61,420 bases of DNA, filler included, from 4 parts of 4 records of this genome joined end to end with filler, not necessarily neighbours in it; one strand, 5' to 3'; shown: positions 41,802-51,686, counted from the first letter of the whole stretch. The notes: generated by a model from the letters alone, not told the origin. Program-made: numbers and translations.

Positions 41802-42495
41802 TTCCATAAGCCTGAGCATCATAATCCCAACCCTAAATGAGGCTGCCCATATTGGCCATTTGTTGGAGCATTTAAAAACGAACAGCAGTCCCAAGAACAT
41901 CAAGGAAATAATTGTGGTTGATGGCGGCAGTACGGATGGTACCCCAAGCTTGGCAAAAACTTTGGGGGCAAAGACCATAACCTCAGAAATGGGGCGTGCA
42001 AAACAAATGAACAAGGGCGCGGAATTGGCCACAGGCCATGTCCTTTACTTTTTGCATGCCGACACCTATCCGCCAAAAAATTTTGACCTTTATATTCTAA
42101 ATGCAATTCATAACAATATGTCTTCGGGTTGCTTTAGGATGAAGTTTGATACCTCCAAAAAGTTTTTACGATTCTTCGCCTGGTTTAGCAGAATAAACAA
42201 CCAACTATGTAGGGGCGGTGACCAATCTCTATTTGTTCTCAAGGACCATTTCCAAAAAACAGGAGGCTTTAATGAGAAGTATATTATCTACGAGGATACG
42301 GAATTTATTGGCCGCCTTTACAAAACCTCAAAATTCAAGGTATTGCCGCAACATGTAGTAACCTCGGCCAGAAAATATGAACAGATTGGAACCCTTAAAT
42401 TACAATATCATTTTGGGATAATCCACCTGAAGAATTTGCTGGGTGTTGGCCCCGACCAATTGTACCGCTATTACAAGAAAAATATTGCCTCTTAA
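41788..42495 (+). CDS. GT2 glycosyltransferase, TIGR04283 (arsenosugar/rSAM-associated) type
   Basis: Motifs SIIIPTLNEA, IIVVDGGSTD, GRAKQMNKGA, FLHADT, GGDQSLF, GGF..EDTEF, TSARKY. Start overlaps the DUF547 stop. Confidence 0.88.
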   Translation: MKLSNSISLSIIIPTLNEAAHIGHLLEHLKTNSSPKNIKEIIVVDGGSTDGTPSLAKTLGAKTITSEMGRAKQMNKGAELATGHVLYFLHADTYPPKNFDLYILNAIHNNMSSGCFRMKFDTSKKFLRFFAWFSRINNQLCRGGDQSLFVLKDHFQKTGGFNEKYIIYEDTEFIGRLYKTSKFKVLPQHVVTSARKYEQIGTLKLQYHFGIIHLKNLLGVGPDQLYRYYKKNIAS

Positions 42496-42501
42496 ATTTC
42501 C

Positions 42502-43548
42502 TTAATTTTTAGTGTCAAAATCCAATAAGACCCCTTCTGAAATCCATTTGGCAAGGGCTTGTCTATTGTCAGGGTCCAAGATTCGCTTTTGGTCCTTTTT
42601 GTTTTTAATATTCCCAATTTCTATATAGGCCATAGCCGGCAAGGTGTTCTTGACCAAATATAATCCACTTCGGTCTGCAAAGGTACCTTCATAATTCCTA
42701 TTGGGTTGATATTGTCTGTATTTATTTAAAAAAGTCTCATGGATACTTTCCGCCAATCGCTTGCCGTTCTTACTGTTCTCGTGATGATAGAAAAATACGT
42801 CTATATTCTGTCCCCTGCTACGACTATCTACATGGGTCACTATTAACCTTTGATATTTACCAGCATTTTCCTTATAGAGTTTGTTCACTATATCAACACG
42901 CTGCTTTAACCGCAATAATTGGTTTAAAGGTATTTCCTCATTGGGATAGGCCACCTCATCCCTATCTATTTCCAGAACGCGCTGATCCCTTATGCCATCA
43001 TTGGAATCCCTGATAATAATGTAGGTCTTGGCCCCATGGGATATAAGCTCCTTGGCCAAACGCAGCGTAATATCATAGGCATACTCGTCCTCGGCTATAA
43101 TTTTGCCCTCATATTTTTCAATGGCACCAGGGTCCGGTCCGCCGTGACCCGATATTAAATAATAGATGGCACCCTCTAATTTATTACTTTTTATTTCCGT
43201 GGAAGCGTAATCTTTACCAAAAATATCATCGTTGAGGATATTGGATACCGTTTTAATTTCGGTGGCCTTTTTTACAACGGATTCTTCTATGGGAACTGTA
43301 TCTACAGTTACGGGAGGTATAATGTATTCCCGTCCCTCATAAAGATGCATACTATCCCGTAAATTATCTTGATTAAGGTCTACAAAATGTCCGTAATGCC
43401 TAACCGGATTCATCCCTTGTTTCCTGAGAATGGAATAAATACCATCTCCCCTTTCCGCAATTACGGTTTTAACCGAAGTTTGGGAAATTAAAGGGAGCCA
43501 TATTAAAGCCCCGATCCACGATAAAATAAAAGTTCTTTTGGCAGACAC
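42502..43548 (-). CDS. N-acetylmuramoyl-L-alanine amidase (Amidase_3) with an N-terminal LysM-like segment
   Basis: Zn motifs SGHGGPDPGA, EDEYAYD, THVDS, YIEIGN. Probable GTG start at 43548 downstream of a TATTTTTG element (the ORF track starts at 43566). Confidence 0.88.
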   Translation of the reverse strand: MSAKRTFILSWIGALIWLPLISQTSVKTVIAERGDGIYSILRKQGMNPVRHYGHFVDLNQDNLRDSMHLYEGREYIIPPVTVDTVPIEESVVKKATEIKTVSNILNDDIFGKDYASTEIKSNKLEGAIYYLISGHGGPDPGAIEKYEGKIIAEDEYAYDITLRLAKELISHGAKTYIIIRDSNDGIRDQRVLEIDRDEVAYPNEEIPLNQLLRLKQRVDIVNKLYKENAGKYQRLIVTHVDSRSRGQNIDVFFYHHENSKNGKRLAESIHETFLNKYRQYQPNRNYEGTFADRSGLYLVKNTLPAMAYIEIGNIKNKKDQKRILDPDNRQALAKWISEGVLLDFDTKN

Positions 43549-43706
43549 GATGTATATTTTGTACAAATATTATCAAAAATACTGCCCAATTCCAAAAACA
43601 ATCCAAAATGAAGGAATTCTTGGGCTGTTTCTGCCCAGAATTTAGCTTTAGCTTCTTATAGCAAAGCAATTATTAATCAAAGACCCGATAAATTTGGAAT
43701 AGGGCT

Positions 43707-44708
43707 TCAATAAATCTTGTAAAAACTCTTTATTACCTCTTGTGCCGGTTTATTTTGGGGGGTAAATCGATTGTCATTAATACCGCCGGCCTTTTTATGA
43801 TCAATAAACCATTTCCAAACAAATCCGCCTGCAAACCAATCTTCGCTCCAAAATTCTTCAAAAATAGCCTTGGTTGCGTTGGTTTGGGCCTCAAGATTTA
43901 CATCGTCCTGGCTATGGTCTACCAACCAAGGTTTCTTGGCAGCATAATTATTGCTCCTATAGCCGTATTCCGTAAATATAATCGGTTTATTTTTCGCCAT
44001 GGATAAGGATTTTATTTTCTCCTTGTGCGGTTGCCATCCCCTTCTCAATTGTTCCACGGTGGGAGTTTTCTCATCACTCAGTGGAAAGTAGGCATCTATC
44101 CCAATAAAATCCAAATCCTCCCAAAAAGGGGTTCTTCCATATTCGTCCCAATTGGCAGCATAGGTAAGTTTTCCTTTATAAACACTTTTGATCTTTTTGA
44201 TCAGTTCCGTCCAGTATTCCGGCCTGTGACTAACAAACTGCTCCAACTCGGTCCCAATACAAAATGCGTCCGCATTTGTTTCCTGGGCCAAAGTAGCATA
44301 AGCAAGTATAAATTTATCATAAGACGCTTCCAAGGCCCTCCAGTTTTCTTCTGAATCCATTTTTAAATTACCGGTAAATGCTCCCCTGGAGATCCAAATC
44401 TGTGGTTTCAACATTACTCTTAAACCATTCTGGTGTAATATATCTATGTATTGCCTGGCTCCGGTCCTTGTTTCCCCGAACCATTGTCTGGAGGTGTCGA
44501 ATATTATTTCTGGCGAGCCTGTATCCCTAATAAATCCAAAGGGCATTACCGCTGCACATTTGGCGTTTACATTCCTAACGGCATCCACGTGTTCTTGGGC
44601 TACCTTTTCCCGAGAAGCAACAAAGCTAACACCATTGAATTTCTCCATTGCTTGGCCACTACAACCAAGTTGTAATAACAATAAGAAAAGAAGTCCTAAT
44701 TTTTTCAT
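43707..44708 (-). CDS. Glycoside hydrolase family 113-like TIM-barrel lipoprotein
   Basis: Lipobox-like LGC; motifs VMLKPQIW, IGTEL, LTYAANWDEY, IGIDAYFPL, FTEYGY, GGFVWKW. Confidence 0.82.
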   Translation of the reverse strand: MKKLGLLFLLLLQLGCSGQAMEKFNGVSFVASREKVAQEHVDAVRNVNAKCAAVMPFGFIRDTGSPEIIFDTSRQWFGETRTGARQYIDILHQNGLRVMLKPQIWISRGAFTGNLKMDSEENWRALEASYDKFILAYATLAQETNADAFCIGTELEQFVSHRPEYWTELIKKIKSVYKGKLTYAANWDEYGRTPFWEDLDFIGIDAYFPLSDEKTPTVEQLRRGWQPHKEKIKSLSMAKNKPIIFTEYGYRSNNYAAKKPWLVDHSQDDVNLEAQTNATKAIFEEFWSEDWFAGGFVWKWFIDHKKAGGINDNRFTPQNKPAQEVIKSFYKIY

Positions 44709-44878
44709 TTAAATAGTTTATAGCCCTAATTTACTCCTTTTCTAATTCATTATAAAAATTAACTGGTTAAGCTTTATTAAATGTTGGCTGCAACTTTAAA
44801 AATTTATGCTTCCACATTAATTACGGATAACATTGAATAACGAACCACTACTTCCTAAGAAACAAACTTAGATTTCCT

Positions 44879-44886
44879 TAGCTTTG
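44879..44886 (+). promoter_or_regulatory. Bacteroidota -7 promoter element (TAnnTTTG) for trmB
   Basis: TAGCTTTG, 25 nt upstream of the GTG start. Confidence 0.65.
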
Positions 44887-44911
44887 CCAAATATTTAAAC
44901 TAATAATACGA

Positions 44912-45583
44912 GTGGGAAGTAAGAATAAGCTGAAGCGATTCAAGGAGAATGAAACTTTTAGGAATGTAATTCAACCCACTAGGGAAGAAATTACCAATGG
45001 TTCTTTTTCACTAAAGGGGCAATGGAATGAATTTTTTGGCAATAACAATCCCTTGGTTTTGGAATTGGGCTGTGGAAAAGGCGAATATACCATTGGGATG
45101 GCCAAGCAAAACAAAAATAAAAACTTCATTGGTATAGATATCAAGGGAGCCCGCTTTTGGAGAGGTGCCAAAACGGCTATTGAAGATAATGTATCCAATG
45201 CTGCTTTTTTAAGAACCCAAATAGAATTAATTGACGGTCTTTTTGCTTCCGATGAAGTTTCTGAAATCTGGATTACCTTTCCAGATCCCCAAATCAAATA
45301 TAAACGTACCAAACATAGACTTACCAATGAGGTCTTTTTGGATAAATATAAATTGATTCTTAAGGAAGATGGTACCGTTAACCTAAAAACCGATAGCGAA
45401 TTTATGCATGGCTATACCTTGGGCCTTTTACACGGTAAAGGTCATGAAGTGCTCTATGCCAATCACGACATCTATAAAAACGAAGGTAGCCCCAAGGAAG
45501 TATTGGAAATACAGACTTTCTATGAAAAACAGTATCTTGATAAAGGAAAGCCAATCACCTATATCAAATTTAGAATAAGGTAA
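44912..45583 (+). CDS. trmB: tRNA (guanine-N7)-methyltransferase
   Basis: Motifs LELGCGKGEY, GIDIKGAR, IWITFPDPQ, KHRL, LKTDS, IQTFYE. Confidence 0.96.
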   Translation: MGSKNKLKRFKENETFRNVIQPTREEITNGSFSLKGQWNEFFGNNNPLVLELGCGKGEYTIGMAKQNKNKNFIGIDIKGARFWRGAKTAIEDNVSNAAFLRTQIELIDGLFASDEVSEIWITFPDPQIKYKRTKHRLTNEVFLDKYKLILKEDGTVNLKTDSEFMHGYTLGLLHGKGHEVLYANHDIYKNEGSPKEVLEIQTFYEKQYLDKGKPITYIKFRIR

Positions 45584-45586
45584 ACC

Positions 45587-46216
45587 ATGGAGCATTTGCT
45601 TACCCTTTTTTTTGCTACTTTCTCTGCGGCCTTCATGGCCACGGTACCACCTGGTCTATTGAATATGAACGCTGCCAAGATAAGTGTGGAAAAGGGTAAG
45701 ACCAACGGTATTATTTTTAGCTTGGGGGTGTCTACCATGATCATTATTCAGGCCTATATTTCTGTTCTGATTTCCAAGTTTCTATTCAAAAACCCGGAGA
45801 TCATAGACCTCCTCTTAAAAATTGCCCTTATTGTCTTCGCTTTTTTTGCCATCTACTTCTTTGTAAAAGCCAAGAAAAAAAAGCTGAATCGACCTAAAAT
45901 TGTAAAGGTTAGCAAGAAAAATAGTTTCTTTAAAGGAATATTATTGGCAGCCCTAAATTTATTGACCATACCTTATTACAGTGGCCTAAACGCCATGTGG
46001 AACGCCTCAGGATGGATACAATTCCAATTTCGTGATATAGCCACATTTATCCTCGCTGCTGGTTGTGGTACTTTTACGGTACTCTATCTCTACACGGTCT
46101 ACTTCACCAAATTAGAGACCAAAAACAATGGGTTTTCAAAAAATTCAAATTATATATTAAGCGCCTTAATGATGCTTTTATTGGTAATTACCTTAATCCG
46201 TATTTTTTATACCTGA
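45587..46216 (+). CDS. LysE-family transporter-like membrane protein
   Basis: About 6 TM segments; PPGLLNM and FFKGILLAALNLL motifs. Confidence 0.75.
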   Translation: MEHLLTLFFATFSAAFMATVPPGLLNMNAAKISVEKGKTNGIIFSLGVSTMIIIQAYISVLISKFLFKNPEIIDLLLKIALIVFAFFAIYFFVKAKKKKLNRPKIVKVSKKNSFFKGILLAALNLLTIPYYSGLNAMWNASGWIQFQFRDIATFILAAGCGTFTVLYLYTVYFTKLETKNNGFSKNSNYILSALMMLLLVITLIRIFYT

Positions 46217-46551
46217 TGAAACCCGAAAATGAGAACTTCTTTGAAAAAGTATATGCAGTGGCCAGGCAAATACCATTTGGGCGGGTTACCTCTTATGGAG
46301 CCATCGCCAAATATCTAGGAACCGCCAGAAGTGCCAGAATGGTAGGCTGGGCCATGAACGGCTCCCATAAAATTGAAGATATCCCGGCGCATAGGGTAGT
46401 TAACAGAAAAGGGCTATTAACAGGGAAACATCATTTTGAAGGCACCAATTTAATGCAGCAGCTATTGGAAAATGAGGGAATTAAAGTGGTGGATAATCAA
46501 ATCGAGGATTTTGAAAATCTCTTTTGGGATCCCTGGCAGGAATTGAAGTAA
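46216..46551 (+). CDS. MGMT-family alkyltransferase-like (ATL) DNA-binding protein
   Basis: Probable ATG at 46216 overlapping the previous TGA. Motifs IPFGRVTSYGAIA, ARMVGWAM and PAHRVV, with Ala in place of the catalytic Cys of PCHR. Confidence 0.88.
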   Translation: MKPENENFFEKVYAVARQIPFGRVTSYGAIAKYLGTARSARMVGWAMNGSHKIEDIPAHRVVNRKGLLTGKHHFEGTNLMQQLLENEGIKVVDNQIEDFENLFWDPWQELK

Positions 46552-46663
46552 TTTTCTTGATTACAATTACCGATAATATTGGATAAATCGCAACATATAA
46601 AGCTTACTTATTGCCTTATTTTACTTTTCAATTACCTTCCTTCCTAATCTCGCTCCTAAGCCC

Positions 46664-46692
46664 TATCTTTGTAATTTAGAATCAGTTTTAAT
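46664..46692 (+). promoter_or_regulatory. -7 promoter element plus an imperfect palindrome upstream of mrp
   Basis: TATCTTTG at 46664-46671, followed by ATTTAGA-ATCAG-TTTTAAT at 46674-46692. Confidence 0.5.
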
Positions 46693-46717
46693 AATGACTG
46701 AATAAGAATGGTTTAGG

Positions 46718-47860
46718 ATGAAAATAGATAAGAAAGACATACTTAAAGCCCTTGAAAACATCACTGTGCCTGGAGAAGGACAAAATATGGTGGAGAGTGG
46801 CGCTGTTAAAAATATTATGGTTTTTGGGGACGAGGTAGTTGTTGATATTACCATTTCCAACCCTAGTTTGCAGGCGCGAAAGAAAACCGAAGTTGAAATT
46901 TTGAAAGTGATACACGAGAAGGTATACAACAAGGCCAAGATTACCGTTAACGTAAAAGTTAATGCCCCTGCTGCCAAGCCTAAGGTGAATGAGATAAAAG
47001 GAAAACCCATCCCAGGGATCAAAAATATTATTGCGGTCGCTTCCGGAAAAGGAGGCGTAGGGAAATCCACGGTCACGGCAAATTTGGCCGTCACATTGGC
47101 TAAAATGGGGTTTAAAGTGGGACTATTGGACGCGGACATTTATGGTCCTTCCATGCCCATCATGTTCGATGTTGCCCAAGAAAAACCTTTGGCCGTAAAT
47201 ATTGAAGGAAAATCCAAAATGAAGCCCATAGAAAACTATGGCGTAAAACTCTTGTCCATTGGCTTTTTTACCCAGCCCAATCAGGCTGTAATCTGGAGAG
47301 GCCCTATGGCCGCCAAAGCGCTGAATCAAATGATTTTCGATGCCCATTGGGGAGAGTTGGATTTTATGTTGCTGGATCTTCCTCCCGGAACAGGGGATAT
47401 ACATTTAAGCATTATGCAATCCTTACCAATAACGGGTGCCGTGGTAGTAAGTACCCCGCAGGAAGTAGCCCTGGCAGATGCCCGTAAAGGTGTGGCCATG
47501 TTCCAACAAGATTCCATAAATGTACCAGTGTTGGGAATAGTAGAAAATATGGCGTATTTTACACCAGAGGAATTGCCCAACAACAAATACTATATTTTTG
47601 GAAAAGAAGGTGCCAAGCACCTGTCCGAGGATTTAAATGTTCCTTTTTTAGGCGAGATACCTTTGGTACAAAGTATTAGGGAGGCCGGAGATGTAGGAAG
47701 GCCAGCGGCACTGCAAACGGCAACAGCAATTGAAACCGCTTTTGAGGAACTTACAAAAAATGTGGTACAGGAAGTGGTAGATAGAAACAAAAGTTTACCT
47801 CCAACAGAGGCTATTAAAATAACTACAATGGCAGGTTGTTCGGCTGTTAAAAAGAAGTAA
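46718..47860 (+). CDS. mrp: Mrp/NBP35 (ApbC) Fe-S cluster carrier ATPase
   Basis: N-terminal FeS-assembly-type domain; motifs ASGKGGVGKST, DADIYGPS, WRGPM, DLPPGTGD, VVSTPQ, GIVENM. Confidence 0.95.
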   Translation: MKIDKKDILKALENITVPGEGQNMVESGAVKNIMVFGDEVVVDITISNPSLQARKKTEVEILKVIHEKVYNKAKITVNVKVNAPAAKPKVNEIKGKPIPGIKNIIAVASGKGGVGKSTVTANLAVTLAKMGFKVGLLDADIYGPSMPIMFDVAQEKPLAVNIEGKSKMKPIENYGVKLLSIGFFTQPNQAVIWRGPMAAKALNQMIFDAHWGELDFMLLDLPPGTGDIHLSIMQSLPITGAVVVSTPQEVALADARKGVAMFQQDSINVPVLGIVENMAYFTPEELPNNKYYIFGKEGAKHLSEDLNVPFLGEIPLVQSIREAGDVGRPAALQTATAIETAFEELTKNVVQEVVDRNKSLPPTEAIKITTMAGCSAVKKK

Positions 47861-47862
47861 TT

Positions 47863-48105
47863 ATGACATCAATAGAACTTAAAAACAACGTTGAAAAGGC
47901 TTTGGAGGAAATCCGTCCTTTTTTGCAAAGTGATGGAGGGGATATTTCCCTAATTTCCATAGACAATGATAATTCGGTTAAGGTAAAATTGGAAGGAGCC
48001 TGTGTAGGCTGTTCGGTAAACCAAATGACCCTAAAAAGTGGGGTGGAAATGACCATAAAAAAGTATGCCCCTCAAATACAAGAAGTCATAAATGTGGTGC
48101 AATAA
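47863..48105 (+). CDS. NifU/Nfu C-terminal domain protein
   Basis: IRPFLQSDGGD and the CxxC motif GACVGC; 80 aa. Confidence 0.93.
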   Translation: MTSIELKNNVEKALEEIRPFLQSDGGDISLISIDNDNSVKVKLEGACVGCSVNQMTLKSGVEMTIKKYAPQIQEVINVVQ

Positions 48106-48142
48106 GCTGACTTTTATCATAATCCAATCCTAATCCCTTTTT

Positions 48143-48150
48143 TAGCTTTG
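48143..48150 (+). promoter_or_regulatory. Bacteroidota -7 promoter element for the FNR gene
   Basis: TAGCTTTG, 24 nt before the ATG. Confidence 0.6.
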
Positions 48151-48174
48151 TAGCTATTTTAAGTTCCTTTTTCC

Positions 48175-49233
48175 ATGATTAAAACAGATATTCTGATTAT
48201 AGGTGCAGGCCCAACCGGTCTTTTTGCTGTTTTTGAAGCAGGCCTGTTGCAGCTTAAATGTCATCTAATAGACGCATTACCACAAGCAGGTGGACAGTGT
48301 TCCGAAATATATCCAAAAAAGCCTATTTACGATATCCCGGGATTCCCAGAAGTTTTGGCTGGAGATCTGGTAAATAATCTTATGGAACAGATAAAAGCGT
48401 TCCAGCCCGGATTTACTTTAGGAGAGCGGGCAAATACTATTGAAAAATTGGAAGATGGCACCTTTTTGGTAACTACCAATAAAGGCACCAAGCACAATGC
48501 CCCAATCGTGGCAATTGCCGGGGGCCTTGGTAGTTTTGAACCTAGAAAACCCTTGATAGACAGAATAAAGGATTATGAAGACAAGGGTGTTTCCTATTTT
48601 ATAAAAGATCCCGAAGTATATCGCAATAAAAAAGTATTGATTGCCGGTGGTGGTGATTCTGCCTTGGACTGGAGTATCTTTTTGGCCGATGTTGCTTCGG
48701 AAGTAACTTTGGTACATAGAAGAAATGAATTTAGAGGTGCTTTGGATTCTGTAGAGAAGGTACAGTCCTTAAAAAATCTTGGAAAAATAAATCTTATTAC
48801 CCCTGCAGAAGTGGTGGGCCTAAAAGGCTCAGGGAAATTAGAAGCCGTAGTAATCAATAAATCCGGTGATCAGGACGAAGAAATTATCAAGGAAGTAGAC
48901 CACTTTATCCCCTTGTTCGGGCTATCTCCCAAGCTGGGACCCATTGCGGATTGGGGATTGGAAATTGAAAAGAATGCCATAAAAGTGGACACTTTCGATT
49001 ATCAGACCAATGTTCCAGGAATTTATGCCATTGGGGACGTAAATACCTATCCCGGAAAACTAAAATTGATCCTTTGCGGTTTTCACGAGGCAACCCTAAT
49101 GTGCCAAAGTGCCTACCAGCGTATTTTCCCGGACAAAAAATATGTTATGAAATATACCACCGTAGGCGGTGTATCCGGTTTTGATGGTAGCAAAAAAGAA
49201 GCCCCCAAGGCAGTAGTAAAGGCCATTGATTAA
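48175..49233 (+). CDS. Thioredoxin-reductase-like ferredoxin--NADP+ reductase
   Basis: Motifs GAGPTG, GGQCSEIYPKKPIYDIPG, GGGDSA, VHRR, YAIGD, KLILCGF; lacks the TrxB CxxC. Confidence 0.9.
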   Translation: MIKTDILIIGAGPTGLFAVFEAGLLQLKCHLIDALPQAGGQCSEIYPKKPIYDIPGFPEVLAGDLVNNLMEQIKAFQPGFTLGERANTIEKLEDGTFLVTTNKGTKHNAPIVAIAGGLGSFEPRKPLIDRIKDYEDKGVSYFIKDPEVYRNKKVLIAGGGDSALDWSIFLADVASEVTLVHRRNEFRGALDSVEKVQSLKNLGKINLITPAEVVGLKGSGKLEAVVINKSGDQDEEIIKEVDHFIPLFGLSPKLGPIADWGLEIEKNAIKVDTFDYQTNVPGIYAIGDVNTYPGKLKLILCGFHEATLMCQSAYQRIFPDKKYVMKYTTVGGVSGFDGSKKEAPKAVVKAID

Positions 49234-49264
49234 AAAAAACAACCAAATCCTAAAGTAAATCCCT

Positions 49265-49272
49265 TAAATTTG
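49265..49272 (+). promoter_or_regulatory. Bacteroidota -7 promoter element for the ferredoxin gene
   Basis: TAAATTTG, 31 nt before the ATG. Confidence 0.5.
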
Positions 49273-49303
49273 CTGGCTATTAGCAAAAAAGAATATTTCT
49301 GGC

Positions 49304-49633
49304 ATGAGCGATGTTAAAATAAAAATTAAGGACAGGGATGGGGTTGTACACGAGGTAGACGCACCCACAGACATGAATATGAATCTTATGGAAATAGTTC
49401 GTTCCTACGAACTAGCTCCCGAGGGAACCATTGGAATATGTGGTGGTATGGCCATGTGTGCCTCCTGCCAATGTTATGTGGAATCTGACCACCAATTGCC
49501 CGAAATGTCAGATGATGAGGACGCCATGCTTGCCGAAGCTTTCAATGTAAAGGACAACAGCCGCCTAGGTTGCCAAATTCATATAACAGAGGATTTGGAA
49601 GGCCTGGAAGTGGAGTTGGCCCCTGAGAGTTAA
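49304..49633 (+). CDS. Adrenodoxin-type [2Fe-2S] ferredoxin
   Basis: CGGMAMCASC and SRLGCQ. Confidence 0.94.
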   Translation: MSDVKIKIKDRDGVVHEVDAPTDMNMNLMEIVRSYELAPEGTIGICGGMAMCASCQCYVESDHQLPEMSDDEDAMLAEAFNVKDNSRLGCQIHITEDLEGLEVELAPES

Positions 49634-49774
49634 TTGTTAAAATGTATGCGCATCTCCGGGAATGTAATGTTCTCTTCTCGGATCCTACAATCCAAAATGT
49701 TTTCTGCAAGGCGTTTGGGTGCTAAATATTAGCATCCTAATATTAACTTGGGAACCTAATACTGCCCATAGCAA

Positions 49775-51511
49775 TTAAATCCTGGCCTGGTAGGTAAATA
49801 AGTTAAAGTACCTTCCTTCTTTTGCAATAAGCTCATCATGAGTCCCTTTTTCTGCAATACGACCATCTTCTATAACCAATATTTGGTTGGCTTTTCTAAT
49901 GGTGCTCAATCTGTGGGCGATGACAAAAGTAGTCCTACCCTCGGTAAGGGTGGCCAAACTTTTCTGAATCAGGGCCTCACTTTCCGTATCCAGATTGGAA
50001 GTAGCTTCGTCCAAAATCAAAATTTTTGGATTGGCCAAGACTGCCCTGGCTATAGCGATACGTTGCCGCTGTCCGCCAGAAAGTTTAACTCCGCGTTCCC
50101 CAATTAGCGTATCCAACCCTTTTTCAAACCTATCAGTGAATTCATCCACATATGCGGCCTTAACGGCCTTTATCAATTCATCCTCCGTTGCATTGGGCCT
50201 AGGGAACATTATATTTTCCCTAATGGTACCCTCAAACAAAAATTCGTCCTGCAGAACAACTCCCAAGTTTCGGCGAAAGCTGCTCAAATCAACTTTAGAA
50301 AGATCCTGACCGTCCACGGTTATGGTCCCTGAAAGGGGATTTAAAAAGGTTGCCGCCAAACCGGCAATGGTAGATTTTCCTGAACCGGAGCTACCCACTA
50401 GAGCTACCACATTGCCCGATTTCACTTCGAAACTAACGTTGTGTAATACATCCTTATCCTCCTCGTAGGCGAAAGAAACATCATTGAATGCTATATCCCC
50501 TTTCATTTTTTCAAGAACAATCGTTCTTTCCTCTTCATTGGCTTCCGGCACCATATTCATTAGTTCTTCCGTACGGTCCAGACCTGCAAGTGCCTCAGTA
50601 AGCTGGCTCCCTATGTTGCTCATTTGCACAATAGGTGCTATCATAATTCCCAAGACAAAGGTGAAGGACAAAAAATCTCCTAGACTCAAGCCTTCATACA
50701 TTATTTTATATCCACCGATCCCCATAATCCCAGTAGTGGCAATTCCTATAAGAAAAGTGGATGAACTGGTCATAAAAGCAGTTGCCGTTAGACTCTTTTT
50801 TACATTTTGAAACAACAGCTCCACCCCGCTCTCAAAAACCTTGGTCTCCTGCTCCTCCGCATTAAAGCCTTTAATAACCCTGATTCCGCTCAAGGTTTCT
50901 GTAAGCCTCCCTGTAACCTCGGCGTTTATTTTACCCCTATTTCTAAAAATTGGTCTTATAATCTTAAAGGCTTTTAAGGCTATAAAGGCAAAAATGGCCA
51001 ATGGAATAAAGGTAAAGAAGGTCATGGACGGACTAATCCACAACATGTAAACCAGGGCGCCTATGGCCGTAATACTTCCCCCTACCAATTGTACCAATCC
51101 TGTTCCAATAAGATTACGGACTCCTTCCACGTCCGACATTATTCGAGAGACCAAAGCCCCAGATTTTGCATTATCAAAAAAACGGATCGGGAGCGAAAGA
51201 ACTTTCTTTTGTACCTGCGCCCTTAATTCCGAGATAAGGTATTGTGCCTGTACACTCAATATTTTTGTCAACAAAAATGATGTTACGGCCCGCACCAGAA
51301 TAGACAGTATTACCAAACCGACCAATATTTTGAGCATGGTCATATCCTTGTTCGGAATAACATCATCCATAAAATATTTTAGGGAGATAGGGCCAACAAA
51401 ATTTGCGGCGTTGCTTATGACGATCAAGAACAGACCTATAAAAACTAAATTGCGTCGAGGCCAAATTATTGTTTTAAAGGCGGTAAGAATACTAACTTTT
51501 TTATTGGACAT
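49775..51511 (-). CDS. ABC exporter, fused TMD+NBD (MsbA/MdlB-like)
   Basis: 6-TM domain, Walker A GSSGSGKST, signature LSGGQRQR, ILDEATS, IAHRLST. Confidence 0.95.
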   Translation of the reverse strand: MSNKKVSILTAFKTIIWPRRNLVFIGLFLIVISNAANFVGPISLKYFMDDVIPNKDMTMLKILVGLVILSILVRAVTSFLLTKILSVQAQYLISELRAQVQKKVLSLPIRFFDNAKSGALVSRIMSDVEGVRNLIGTGLVQLVGGSITAIGALVYMLWISPSMTFFTFIPLAIFAFIALKAFKIIRPIFRNRGKINAEVTGRLTETLSGIRVIKGFNAEEQETKVFESGVELLFQNVKKSLTATAFMTSSSTFLIGIATTGIMGIGGYKIMYEGLSLGDFLSFTFVLGIMIAPIVQMSNIGSQLTEALAGLDRTEELMNMVPEANEEERTIVLEKMKGDIAFNDVSFAYEEDKDVLHNVSFEVKSGNVVALVGSSGSGKSTIAGLAATFLNPLSGTITVDGQDLSKVDLSSFRRNLGVVLQDEFLFEGTIRENIMFPRPNATEDELIKAVKAAYVDEFTDRFEKGLDTLIGERGVKLSGGQRQRIAIARAVLANPKILILDEATSNLDTESEALIQKSLATLTEGRTTFVIAHRLSTIRKANQILVIEDGRIAEKGTHDELIAKEGRYFNLFTYQARI

Positions 51512-51686
51512 TATGAATTATATTTTGATTGCGGGGATTTGTAAGGTATAAATGTAATTAAAGTTATTGGTAGGCGAACCATGAAAACTATCACTGTTAC
51601 CAACTTAATTATGGCCAACAGTTAACATTAAAAAAGTAAAAATAACCTAAGATTTGATCTTGAATAAGAATAGAAGGAAATTATCA

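Noticed and set aside
39839-42495. Horizontal transfer of bacterial arsM into the eukaryote
   Set aside because: The two are separated by an artificial linker, and the bacterial contig has a normal operon structure with no introns.
46063-46215. N-terminal extension of the MGMT-like ORF given in the track
   Set aside because: Overlaps the LysE-like gene out of frame; the ATG at 46216 fits the family length and translational coupling.
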